This document shows, one piece after another, positions 48,876-57,482 of a stretch of 64,000 nucleotides of DNA. A program made the translations under genes and the position numbers. The stretch is taken from NCBI GenBank assembly GCA_021373255.1, contig JAJFTD010000199.1, positions 611 to 64,610 of the forward strand. The letters run 5' to 3'. The stretch is from a bacterium. Its GTDB lineage: Bacteria > Armatimonadota > UBA5829. Under the pieces are notes generated by a model. That model did no database searches, was not told the origin of the DNA, and worked only from the letters and a program-made list of their open reading frames with translations. Each line of letters starts with the position of its first letter. Positions within the stretch are counted from its first letter, which is position 1.

Positions 48876-50282
48876 ATGCTCTTAACTATTACTACAACTC
48901 ACAAGCCAGCTACTGATCTCGGTTACCTTCTGCACAAGAATCCGGCGCGGGCGCAAGTATTTGAGCTTGCGTTCGGTCAGGCGCACGTCTTCTATCCGAA
49001 GGCGACGGAGGGTCGCTGCACGGCGGCATTGCTGCTCGATGTTGATCCGGTGGCTCTCGTGCGCGGTAGAAAGAGCGGACCGGAGAGCTTTGCGCTTGGC
49101 CAGTATGTGAACGAGCGACCGTATGTGGTGTCGTCATTTATGAGCAACGCGATCTCGCGAGTCTTTGGCACTGCGATGGGCGGCAGGTGCTCCGGCAAAC
49201 CCGAACTTGCTGACCTGGAGATTCCGCTTGTAGCGAAGCTGTCGGTTGTTCCCTGTCGGGGCGGTGAGGATCTGCTGCGGCGTCTGTTTGAGCCGCTGGG
49301 TTACTCGGTGGCGGCTGAGGGGTACCCGCTTGATGACAAGTTCCCGGACTGGGGCGAGAGCGCGTTCTTCACGGTCAGCCTGAAGAAGACCTGCCGATTG
49401 AGCGAGTTGCTCACGCATCTGTATGTACTGATTCCTGTCCTGGATGACGAGAAGCACTACTGGGTCGGGGAGGACGAAGTCGAAAAGCTCCTCAAGCATG
49501 GCGAGGACTGGCTTTCCTCTCACCCGGAAAAGGACCTGATCGTGAAGCGCTACCTTAGGCACCGCCGAAACCTGATGAGCCAGGCAATGGCGCAGCTAAT
49601 GGAGGAGGATTCGTCTGACCCGGATGAAGTCCAGAAAGTGGCCTCTCAGGAAGAGTGGGTGATAGAGGAACGGATCAGCCTCAACGAACAGAGGATGGGC
49701 GCGGTTGTTGCGGCGCTCCGGGCAATTGGCGCAAAGCGTATTCTGGATCTTGGCTGCGGTGAAGGAAAGCTGATCGGGTCACTCCTCAAAGACAAGGAGT
49801 TTGTCGAGATAGTAGGTGTGGACGTATCGTACCGGACTCTTGAGAGGGCCCAGGACAGGCTGCGCGTTGAACAGATGGCGCCTATGCAGCGGGAGCGCAT
49901 TAAGCTCCTGCACGGGTCCCTGATCTATCGCGACAAGCGGCTGGAGGATTACGACGCAGCTGCGGTGGTCGAGGTGATCGAGCACATGGATCTGGCGCGC
50001 CTGGCTGCGTTCGAGCGGGTTCTTTTCGAGTTCGCAAGGCCTGGGACGGTGGTCCTGACGACCCCCAACTCGGAGTATAACGTGAAGTGGGAGAGCCTGC
50101 CTGCGGGGAAGATGCGGCATCGTGACCACCGGTTCGAGTGGACACGCGAGGAGTTCCAGAACTGGGCAAACGGCATTGGTGAGCGATTTGGCTACAGCGT
50201 GCGTTTCCTGCCCGTTGGGCCGGAGGATGCGGAAGTCGGGGCTCCGACACAAATGGCGGTGTTTGAGAGGGATGCGCGGTAA
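48876..50282 (+). CDS. hen1: bacterial Hen1 RNA 3'-terminal ribose 2'-O-methyltransferase
   Basis: About 260 aa of Hen1-specific N-terminal domain are followed by a methyltransferase domain with SAM motif I 'ILDLGCGEGKL'. Length is 468 aa. Pnkp is encoded in the same locus. Confidence 0.75.
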   Translation: MLLTITTTHKPATDLGYLLHKNPARAQVFELAFGQAHVFYPKATEGRCTAALLLDVDPVALVRGRKSGPESFALGQYVNERPYVVSSFMSNAISRVFGTAMGGRCSGKPELADLEIPLVAKLSVVPCRGGEDLLRRLFEPLGYSVAAEGYPLDDKFPDWGESAFFTVSLKKTCRLSELLTHLYVLIPVLDDEKHYWVGEDEVEKLLKHGEDWLSSHPEKDLIVKRYLRHRRNLMSQAMAQLMEEDSSDPDEVQKVASQEEWVIEERISLNEQRMGAVVAALRAIGAKRILDLGCGEGKLIGSLLKDKEFVEIVGVDVSYRTLERAQDRLRVEQMAPMQRERIKLLHGSLIYRDKRLEDYDAAAVVEVIEHMDLARLAAFERVLFEFARPGTVVLTTPNSEYNVKWESLPAGKMRHRDHRFEWTREEFQNWANGIGERFGYSVRFLPVGPEDAEVGAPTQMAVFERDAR

Positions 50283-50497
50283 TGTCGAGAAGCATCCATA
50301 CCAACCGCAAGGACATCATCGAACTTGCCCAGTGGAAATACGCCGATCCCGAAGTTCGACGAGCTAAGGCTCAAGAACTATGGGCAGATATTCGCCGAAA
50401 GCGAAGGGCAAAGCGACAGGTGAAAGGCGAACGTGCCACCGAAGATGCGATGGTTGCATCCGCAGAGGTCGAGGCCGTGCCCTATATCAGTGCATGA
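50282..50497 (+). CDS. small basic ORF, possibly a frameshifted N-terminus of the following gene
   Basis: It starts in TAATG overlap with the hen1 stop. It overlaps the 50433 ORF in a different frame. Confidence 0.25.
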   Translation: MSRSIHTNRKDIIELAQWKYADPEVRRAKAQELWADIRRKRRAKRQVKGERATEDAMVASAEVEAVPYISA

Positions 50498-52511
50498 CGC
50501 TGGACAATTCGTGCATTTCCCTGCCTCCCCTGATGACATCCGAAATGTCATGCGCCTCCTGCCGGGCGGATCGCTGGACGGGCTCGCCGGAATCGAGCTG
50601 TGCCTGGGAACCGAATACCAGAAAGATCCCTCGGTATACGACCCAGAAGACGGCTACGAACCAGATCCGCTCGTGGGACGCATCGGTGATGAGATGCTTC
50701 CCGGTATCTACAGGGGACACTGCCTGGGTTACTACAGCCGGCCGCACTCAGCAATCCGTGTCTTCGCCTATGTGCACGATCCTGAAAAGGTGGACGTCCG
50801 CCTGTGGGAAATCTACCTGAAGCTGCAAATGCTCGCAACCGTTGTCCACGAGATAGCGCACTCAGTTGATCTTACGACTCGGGTGGCCAAGGATCGCTGG
50901 CTGGCTGATGACAAGTCAAAGGTCGAGATGTATGCCGAGAAGCTGGAATACTCATGGCTGATGGATTGCGTGGTACCTTACTTGGAGATGACATATCCTG
51001 AACAGGTGAAGGCTTTGCTCGATTGGATAGAGCATTACGGCGGTGACCGTATCAGTCTCGCTCTACTTGCGGGAGAACCGCGTCGCACTGGAGCGAAAGG
51101 TATAACGCGCCTTGTTACAGATGCTTCAGAAGCTCTGCACGATCTGGCCCGATCGGTTGCGGATGGTAAGGATCTGAGGGAATCAAGGCTGGACTTCGCC
51201 AGGTATCTTCATAATGCCGAGTTGAATGGTGAGGCGTTGCGGATACTGGATCGGTTGCTGGCCGAGGATCAGAACGACGCTGAAGTGTTTGCACTGAAAG
51301 CTGATGTGTTCTATGATCTTGAGGATTACGAACAGAGCCGGGTAGCCGCCGAGCGGGCGATCTCGTTGGACGCTGATTCCGAAGATGCATGGATCCATCT
51401 TTCCTACGCTCACACGGAGCTTGGGAATTGGGATGACGCAATTCGAGTGACCACCCATCTGCTCGATCACTTCGACTTGCGCAAGCCTCGGAAAGCTAGC
51501 ATGCTGGTTAGTCGCGCGCACGCCAAGCTGAATACGGGCGACATACGGGGAATGAAGTGTGACCTGGGACTTGCGCTGCAGGAAAACGACAAGCCACCTG
51601 TTCGCTGGCAAGTTGCTACTGTTCGAGCACTGCATGAAGCAAGGTTAGACATGGACGGGACTAGAAAGATGAGCGAGACTGCCGGAGAGAATGAGCGCCC
51701 AGCGTCAGAGTTGATCGAGAAAGCTCTGGAGTCGCTGCCGGACCGTGAGGATGTCTACTGGGGCGCTGTCAGGGCATTGTGGACGCGTGGGAGCAAGGAT
51801 GTCTTTGAAGAGGCAAAGCGCCTGTGCTCAAGTGAGAACGCGTTAGAGAGGCGGTTGGGAGTGGATGTCCTCGGACAATTGGATGCTCCGGAGCGCAAGT
51901 TTGCGGGCGAGTCTGTTCTCATCCTTACCGGGATGCTGCGGAGACAGGGCCTGGTCCGCAAGGAGCAGGATCCGAACGTGCTCTACTCAATCGGTATCGC
52001 ACTCGGACATCTTGGCGATCCGAAAGCAACAAAGCCGCTTGCCGGTATGTCCGAGCATCCATCCGCTGCGGTGCGCTATGGCGTCGCCTTCGGCCTGTGT
52101 GGGCACACGAACAAACAGGCCGTGAAGGTCCTGATCGAGCTGTCATCGGACCCATACGCGTTCGTGCGGAACTGGGCCACATTTGGGCTGGCACAGCAGA
52201 TCGACTTGGATACTCCTGCGATCCGTGAGGCATTATTCCAGCGGGTCGATGACGAGGATGATGATACTCGCGCTGAAGCCTTGTTGGGACTTGCTATCAG
52301 AAAAGATGAGAGGGTAATTGAGCCGCTGACCAGCGAACTGAGCCGAGACGATGTGTCAGCACTTGCCATTGAAGCGGCGGAGAAGATGGCTGACCAGAGG
52401 CTGTATCCAGCGTTGCTTGCATTGAGCCAAGATTGGACCGGCGACGATGAGGCACTGGCATCCGCGATTGCCGCTTGTGAACAAGCTACCGGGAGGCCCG
52501 ACCGTGAGTGA
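50433..52511 (+). CDS. putative HExxH zinc-metallopeptidase-like protein with TPR and HEAT/PBS-lyase-like repeats
   Basis: The motif 'VVHEIAHSVD' is present. TPR-like repeats cover about aa 250-380. HEAT-like repeats include 'AVRYGVAFGL' and 'FVRNWATFGL'. The start is uncertain. Confidence 0.45.
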   Translation: MPPKMRWLHPQRSRPCPISVHDAGQFVHFPASPDDIRNVMRLLPGGSLDGLAGIELCLGTEYQKDPSVYDPEDGYEPDPLVGRIGDEMLPGIYRGHCLGYYSRPHSAIRVFAYVHDPEKVDVRLWEIYLKLQMLATVVHEIAHSVDLTTRVAKDRWLADDKSKVEMYAEKLEYSWLMDCVVPYLEMTYPEQVKALLDWIEHYGGDRISLALLAGEPRRTGAKGITRLVTDASEALHDLARSVADGKDLRESRLDFARYLHNAELNGEALRILDRLLAEDQNDAEVFALKADVFYDLEDYEQSRVAAERAISLDADSEDAWIHLSYAHTELGNWDDAIRVTTHLLDHFDLRKPRKASMLVSRAHAKLNTGDIRGMKCDLGLALQENDKPPVRWQVATVRALHEARLDMDGTRKMSETAGENERPASELIEKALESLPDREDVYWGAVRALWTRGSKDVFEEAKRLCSSENALERRLGVDVLGQLDAPERKFAGESVLILTGMLRRQGLVRKEQDPNVLYSIGIALGHLGDPKATKPLAGMSEHPSAAVRYGVAFGLCGHTNKQAVKVLIELSSDPYAFVRNWATFGLAQQIDLDTPAIREALFQRVDDEDDDTRAEALLGLAIRKDERVIEPLTSELSRDDVSALAIEAAEKMADQRLYPALLALSQDWTGDDEALASAIAACEQATGRPDRE

Positions 52512-53442
52512 TGGAGATCAATTCCAATCTCTTGTCCCCACTGGCACCGAGATTGTTACGCGCGCAGTCGCAGGTGAACACCCTGTAGGTTCCGTTGGAG
52601 TCATAACTGCATCGCCGGCGGATAACACGCACTCGTATCAAATCCACCTGGTGGACGGCGCCGAGATCAGCTTGCGGCGAGAGGAGTTTGCGATCTTGAA
52701 GCACTTCCAGCGCCATGGGATCGACGAGCCGGGAGCAGTGCTTGCGGAGTATGATCTGTATGACTGCGTGATCTATCGGTGCGTGGTCGGGTCGCGGGCG
52801 TACGGGCTGGACGGCGATGAGTCGGATATTGATAGGAGAGGGATCTATCTGCCACCGGCTGATCTGCAGTGGTCGCTTTACGGGGTGCCCGAACAGCTTG
52901 AGAACAAGGAGACTGACGAGGCCTATTGGGAGCTAAGGAAGTTCCTGATCCTGGCGCTGAAGGCCAATCCAAATATTCTGGAGTGTCTGCACACGCCTAT
53001 TGTGGAGATGGTGACACCTCTTGCCCAGGAACTGCTCGATATGCGGGAGGCGTTTCTATCGAAGCTGGTCTACCAAACCTACAATGGCTATGTGATATCC
53101 CAGTTCAAGAAGCTGGAGCAGGACCTGCGCACGCGCGGAGAGATTCGCTGGAAGCACGCGATGCACCTGATCCGGCTGCTCCTGTCGGGGATCACGGCGC
53201 TGCGCGAGCGCTATGTGCCGGTAAGCGTGGAGGAGCATCGGGACCGGCTTCTTGCGATCCGGCGGGGCGAAGTGCCGTGGGAGGAGATCGACGCGTGGCG
53301 GCTGGAGTTGCACAAGGAGTTCGATGCGGCGTATGAGAAGACGTCACTGCCGGAGAGGCCGGATTATGCCGGGGCGAATGAATTTCTGATAAAAGCGAGG
53401 AAGATGAGAGCTTTCGAGAATGGGTGCGATGGACATGGATAG
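52504..53442 (+). CDS. pol-beta superfamily nucleotidyltransferase, RlaP-like, associated with an RNA-repair operon
   Basis: The NTase motif is 'VGSRAYGLDGDESDIDRRGIY'. A likely GTG start overlaps the upstream stop. The full ORF call begins at 52447. Confidence 0.5.
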   Translation: MSDGDQFQSLVPTGTEIVTRAVAGEHPVGSVGVITASPADNTHSYQIHLVDGAEISLRREEFAILKHFQRHGIDEPGAVLAEYDLYDCVIYRCVVGSRAYGLDGDESDIDRRGIYLPPADLQWSLYGVPEQLENKETDEAYWELRKFLILALKANPNILECLHTPIVEMVTPLAQELLDMREAFLSKLVYQTYNGYVISQFKKLEQDLRTRGEIRWKHAMHLIRLLLSGITALRERYVPVSVEEHRDRLLAIRRGEVPWEEIDAWRLELHKEFDAAYEKTSLPERPDYAGANEFLIKARKMRAFENGCDGHG

Positions 53443-54409
53443 CAGGCTCACTAAGGTAATCGAGGAACACCCATACCCGCTGCTGTTCGCAACGATCAGC
53501 GGGGCGCATCTCTACGGGTTTCCGTCGCCGGATTCCGACTACGACCTGCGCGGTGTGCACATGCTGCCGGCCAAGGAAGTGGTAGGGCTGGAGCCCGGGC
53601 GGGAGACGATAGAACTGTCGGAAATGCGTGACGGCCTTGAAATCGACCTGGTGACGCACGACATCCGCAAGTTCTTCCTGCTCCTATTGAAGAACAACGG
53701 CTACGTGCTGGAGCAGTTATACTCGCCACTGGTTGTCCATACGACGCCGGAGCACGAGGAACTGAAGCAGATCGCAAGGGGCTGCATTACTCGCCACCAT
53801 GCCCACCACTACATGGGCTTTGCAGAGACTCAGTGGAAGCTCTTCGAGAAAGAACAGCCGCGCCGGGTGAAGCCGCTGCTATATACATTCCGGGTGCTGC
53901 TGACTGGTATCCACCTGATGCGCACGGGTCAGATCGAGGCCAATCTGCCTCGGCTGAATGAAGAGGCGAAGCTGTCCTATATCGATGATCTCATAACCAT
54001 GAAGGTGTCGGGGGCGGAGCAGTCGGCGCTGGATGATGCCAACGTATCATTCTACCTATCGGAGTATGATCGACTGCGGTATGATCTGGAAAACGCTTTC
54101 GGAAAGAGCACGCTGCCGGAGCGACCTCTTCGCCGAGGTGCTCTCAATGATCTCCTTGTCCGGGTGCGCCTGGGTCAAATCGGGGTTACGCCCGGAACTA
54201 CATGCCCCGTATGTGGACTGGAAGATGCATTTGATGAGCCGGGTGGCTATGATATCTGCGAACGATGTGGTTGGGAAGATGATCCCGTCCAGTCCGCCAA
54301 TCCCGATCCTTCCGGTGGAGCGAACAAGGAATCACTGAACGAGGCGCGGAAGCACAGTGAGGAAATGATTGCCCGATGGCAGCGTGTGAGGAGAGCGCAT
54401 GGCAACTGA
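53420..54409 (+). CDS. second RlaP-like pol-beta nucleotidyltransferase (paralogue)
   Basis: The NTase motif is 'SGAHLYGFPSPDSDYDLRGVH'. The C-terminal zinc ribbon is 'CPVCG...CERCGWEDD'. Confidence 0.5.
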   Translation: MGAMDMDSRLTKVIEEHPYPLLFATISGAHLYGFPSPDSDYDLRGVHMLPAKEVVGLEPGRETIELSEMRDGLEIDLVTHDIRKFFLLLLKNNGYVLEQLYSPLVVHTTPEHEELKQIARGCITRHHAHHYMGFAETQWKLFEKEQPRRVKPLLYTFRVLLTGIHLMRTGQIEANLPRLNEEAKLSYIDDLITMKVSGAEQSALDDANVSFYLSEYDRLRYDLENAFGKSTLPERPLRRGALNDLLVRVRLGQIGVTPGTTCPVCGLEDAFDEPGGYDICERCGWEDDPVQSANPDPSGGANKESLNEARKHSEEMIARWQRVRRAHGN

Positions 54410-54635
54410 GAAGATCTACATTCAACTGCTCAATGAGGGCACAGTTGTCTATCGCCCGACGCTTGGTGTAGTAGTGTCGGAAGGAGTATATCGCGTTCTG
54501 CCCACTGAAAACTATGATCCCGAAGACGAGGTGTGGGAGTTTCTGCCAGGTGACACTGTAAAGTGCACAGCAGAGGTGAAATCTGGAGCGCAAGGCGAGG
54601 AGACCGTGCTGGTTGCCAAAGAGAGAGTCGGCTGA
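54399..54635 (+). CDS. hypothetical 78-aa protein
   Basis: An RBS 'AGGAGAG' is present. The gene overlaps the end of the upstream gene. Confidence 0.35.
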   Translation: MATEKIYIQLLNEGTVVYRPTLGVVVSEGVYRVLPTENYDPEDEVWEFLPGDTVKCTAEVKSGAQGEETVLVAKERVG

Positions 54636-54667
54636 GCACACGAGCTACGCCCCCCGATGGAGAAACA

Positions 54668-57220
54668 ATGAAACTAACAATCCCTGAACTTGCCCTGGTG
54701 GTCCTGATCGGCCCATCGGGTTGTGGAAAATCGAGCTTTGCGCGGGCGCAGTTCAAGCCGACGGAGGTTCTATCCTCGGACTTTTACCGCGCGCTGGTTT
54801 CTGACGACGAGAACGATCAGGCGGCGACCAAAGATGCGTTCGAGATCCTGCACTTTATCGCGGCCAAAAGGCTTGCAGCCGGGAAGCTGACTGTGGTGGA
54901 TGCCACGAACGTCCAGCCGGAGGCCCGTAAGCCCCTGGTTGCACTTGCGCGGGAGTATCACTGCCTGCCGGTGGTGATAGTGCTCAACATCAATGAGAGG
55001 ATCTGCCATGATCGCAATCGGGAGCGCCCCGACCGCGACTTCGGCCCGCACGTCATTCGCCAGCAGAGCGCGCAGCTCAAGAAGTCCCTGGGTTACCTCA
55101 AGCGGGAGGGATTCCGGCACGTATTTGAGCTAAGATCGCCTGAGGAGGTTGCCGAGGTCGAGATAGAGCGGCAGCCTCTATGGAACAACAAGCGAGATGA
55201 GCATGGCCCATTCGATATCATCGGAGATGTTCACGGTTGCTTTGACGAGCTTTCCACGCTGATTGCCCATCTCGGTTATGAGGTCTCGGAGAACGTGGCC
55301 AGGCACCCGGAAGGGCGCAAGCTCGTGTTCCTCGGAGACGTCGTTGACCGGGGGCCTGGAATAGTCGAAACGCTGCGGCTGGTGATGGGGTCAGTTGCGG
55401 CGGGTACGGCGCTGTGTGTGCCCGGAAACCACGATATAAAGCTGTTGCGCAAGCTCTCGGGCCGGGACGTGCAAATCACCCACGGTCTTGAGGACTCACT
55501 CTCACAGCTCGCAGATGAGCCTGATGAGTTCAGGGAGCAGGTAAAGTTATTCATCGATGGCCTCGTGAGCCATTATGTGCTTGATGACGACAAACTCGTG
55601 GTAGCGCATGCAGGGATGAAAGAGGAGATGCAGGGGCGAGGCTCCGGCAAGGTCCGTGACTTCGCCTACTACGGCGAGACCACAGGTGAAACCGATGAGT
55701 TCGGTCTGCCGGTCCGTTACAACTGGGCGGCGGAGTATCGGGGAAAGGCCACCGTCGTCTACGGCCACACACCGGTGCCCGAAGCCGATTGGCTGAACCG
55801 CACTATCAATATTGACACCGGCTGCGTGTTCGGCGGGAGCCTCACGGCGCTGCGTTATCCTGAGAAAGAACTCGTGTCGGTTCCGGCAGCCCGGATCTAC
55901 GCAGAGCCCGCTAAGCCATTCGAGCCCAACGCGGACGCGCAGGCACTTTCCGCCCAGCAGGAGCATGATGATATCTTGGATATCGACGATGTCATTGGCA
56001 AGCGGATCGTGTCAACCCGCCTGAACCGCACCGTCACTATCCGGGAAGAGAATGCGACTGCCGCTCTCGAAGTTATGAGCCGGTTTGCCGCCAATCATAG
56101 GTGGCTGATCTACCTGCCGCCGACTATGTCTCCGTGCGAGACAAGTCGCAGACCCGATCTGCTGGAGCACCCCGAAGAGGCATTTTCATACTACCGGCAC
56201 GAGGGAGTATCGCGCGTGGTCTGCGAGCAGAAGCACATGGGCTCGCGGGCAGTTGTGATTGTCTGCCGAGACGAGGACGCCGCTCGCAAGCGCTTTGGTG
56301 TCGTGAGTGAAGGCATCGGCGTCTGCTACACCCGCACGGGCCGTCGGTTCTTCAACGACCTGGAGCTTGAGAAACAAATGTTGGAGGGAGTCCACTCGGC
56401 GCTGGATTCATCCGGCTTCTGGGACGAGTTCGCCACCGACTGGGTCTGCCTGGACTGTGAGCTTATGCCGTGGTCGGCAAAGGCTTATGAGTTGCTAAAG
56501 TCGCAGTATTCCGCCGTCGGGGCGGCATCAAAGGCTTCGCTGAGTGAGGCTGTCGCGGTCCTGGAGACTGCTGTCGGTAATGGCGCCGATGTGTCCGAGC
56601 TTCTTGGAAGATTCCAGAGCCGCAGGGTGATGGTAGGACAATATGTGGATGCGTACCGCCAATACTGCTGGCCTGTGGCTGGAATATCAGACTACAAACT
56701 CGCGCCGTTCCACATCCTGGCGACGGAGAGCGGAGTCCATGTAGACAAAGATCACATCTGGCACATGGATACTCTGGCGAAGATCTGCCGCGCTCTCGAT
56801 GGCGGCGACTCTTTGTTTCTTTCCACCCCGTATAAGGTAGTCGATGTAACCGACCCCGCAAGCCAGGAAGATGGAGTCCGCTGGTGGGAGGAGCTCACTG
56901 GCTCCGGCGGCGAGGGGATGGTTGTCAAGCCAATGGACTTCGTCACCAGGGGCCGCAAGGGCCTTTCGCAGCCAGCGGTGAAATGCCGTGGCCGGGAGTA
57001 CCTGCGTATCATCTACGGACCGGAATATACTGCGCCGGAGAACCTGGAACGACTGCGCTCGCGCGCTCTGGCTGGGAAACGGTCGCTTGCGATACGTGAG
57101 TTCGCCCTCGGAGTGGAGGGCTTGGAGCGGTTCGTTCGCAAGGAGCCGCTCAGACGGGTGCATGAGTGCGTGTTCGGCGTCCTTGCGCTCGAAAGTGAGC
57201 CGGTGGACCCGAGGCTTTAG
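54668..57220 (+). CDS. pnkp: polynucleotide kinase-phosphatase-ligase (bacterial Pnkp)
   Basis: The kinase P-loop is 'GPSGCGKSS'. The calcineurin-like phosphatase motifs are 'DIIGDVHGCFDEL', 'GDVVDRGP' and 'GNHD'. The adenylyltransferase/ligase motifs are 'KHMGSR' and 'GEGMVVKP'. The protein is 850 aa from the ATG at 54668. Confidence 0.8.
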   Translation: MKLTIPELALVVLIGPSGCGKSSFARAQFKPTEVLSSDFYRALVSDDENDQAATKDAFEILHFIAAKRLAAGKLTVVDATNVQPEARKPLVALAREYHCLPVVIVLNINERICHDRNRERPDRDFGPHVIRQQSAQLKKSLGYLKREGFRHVFELRSPEEVAEVEIERQPLWNNKRDEHGPFDIIGDVHGCFDELSTLIAHLGYEVSENVARHPEGRKLVFLGDVVDRGPGIVETLRLVMGSVAAGTALCVPGNHDIKLLRKLSGRDVQITHGLEDSLSQLADEPDEFREQVKLFIDGLVSHYVLDDDKLVVAHAGMKEEMQGRGSGKVRDFAYYGETTGETDEFGLPVRYNWAAEYRGKATVVYGHTPVPEADWLNRTINIDTGCVFGGSLTALRYPEKELVSVPAARIYAEPAKPFEPNADAQALSAQQEHDDILDIDDVIGKRIVSTRLNRTVTIREENATAALEVMSRFAANHRWLIYLPPTMSPCETSRRPDLLEHPEEAFSYYRHEGVSRVVCEQKHMGSRAVVIVCRDEDAARKRFGVVSEGIGVCYTRTGRRFFNDLELEKQMLEGVHSALDSSGFWDEFATDWVCLDCELMPWSAKAYELLKSQYSAVGAASKASLSEAVAVLETAVGNGADVSELLGRFQSRRVMVGQYVDAYRQYCWPVAGISDYKLAPFHILATESGVHVDKDHIWHMDTLAKICRALDGGDSLFLSTPYKVVDVTDPASQEDGVRWWEELTGSGGEGMVVKPMDFVTRGRKGLSQPAVKCRGREYLRIIYGPEYTAPENLERLRSRALAGKRSLAIREFALGVEGLERFVRKEPLRRVHECVFGVLALESEPVDPRL

Positions 57221-57482
57221 TGCTCGGAATACACAAGATCAACTGCCGATCAAGCAGATACACTTTGTAGCTGGGCATAGTGAGGGTGATGCCATTTGTC
57301 CTGTCTGCAGTCTCAAGACTGGCAGTATTGCCAAAGATCGGGACTGTCGCGTTCGTGTAGAAGTGGATTGTCTGTGGCAGTGTCTTGCGGCCATATAGAA
57401 AAGATTCTTTCTCCTATTATGTCCGGAGACCGGAACTGACGGAGGCTGATCCATCTGCTCTATTGTCAACCAGCAGCACACG

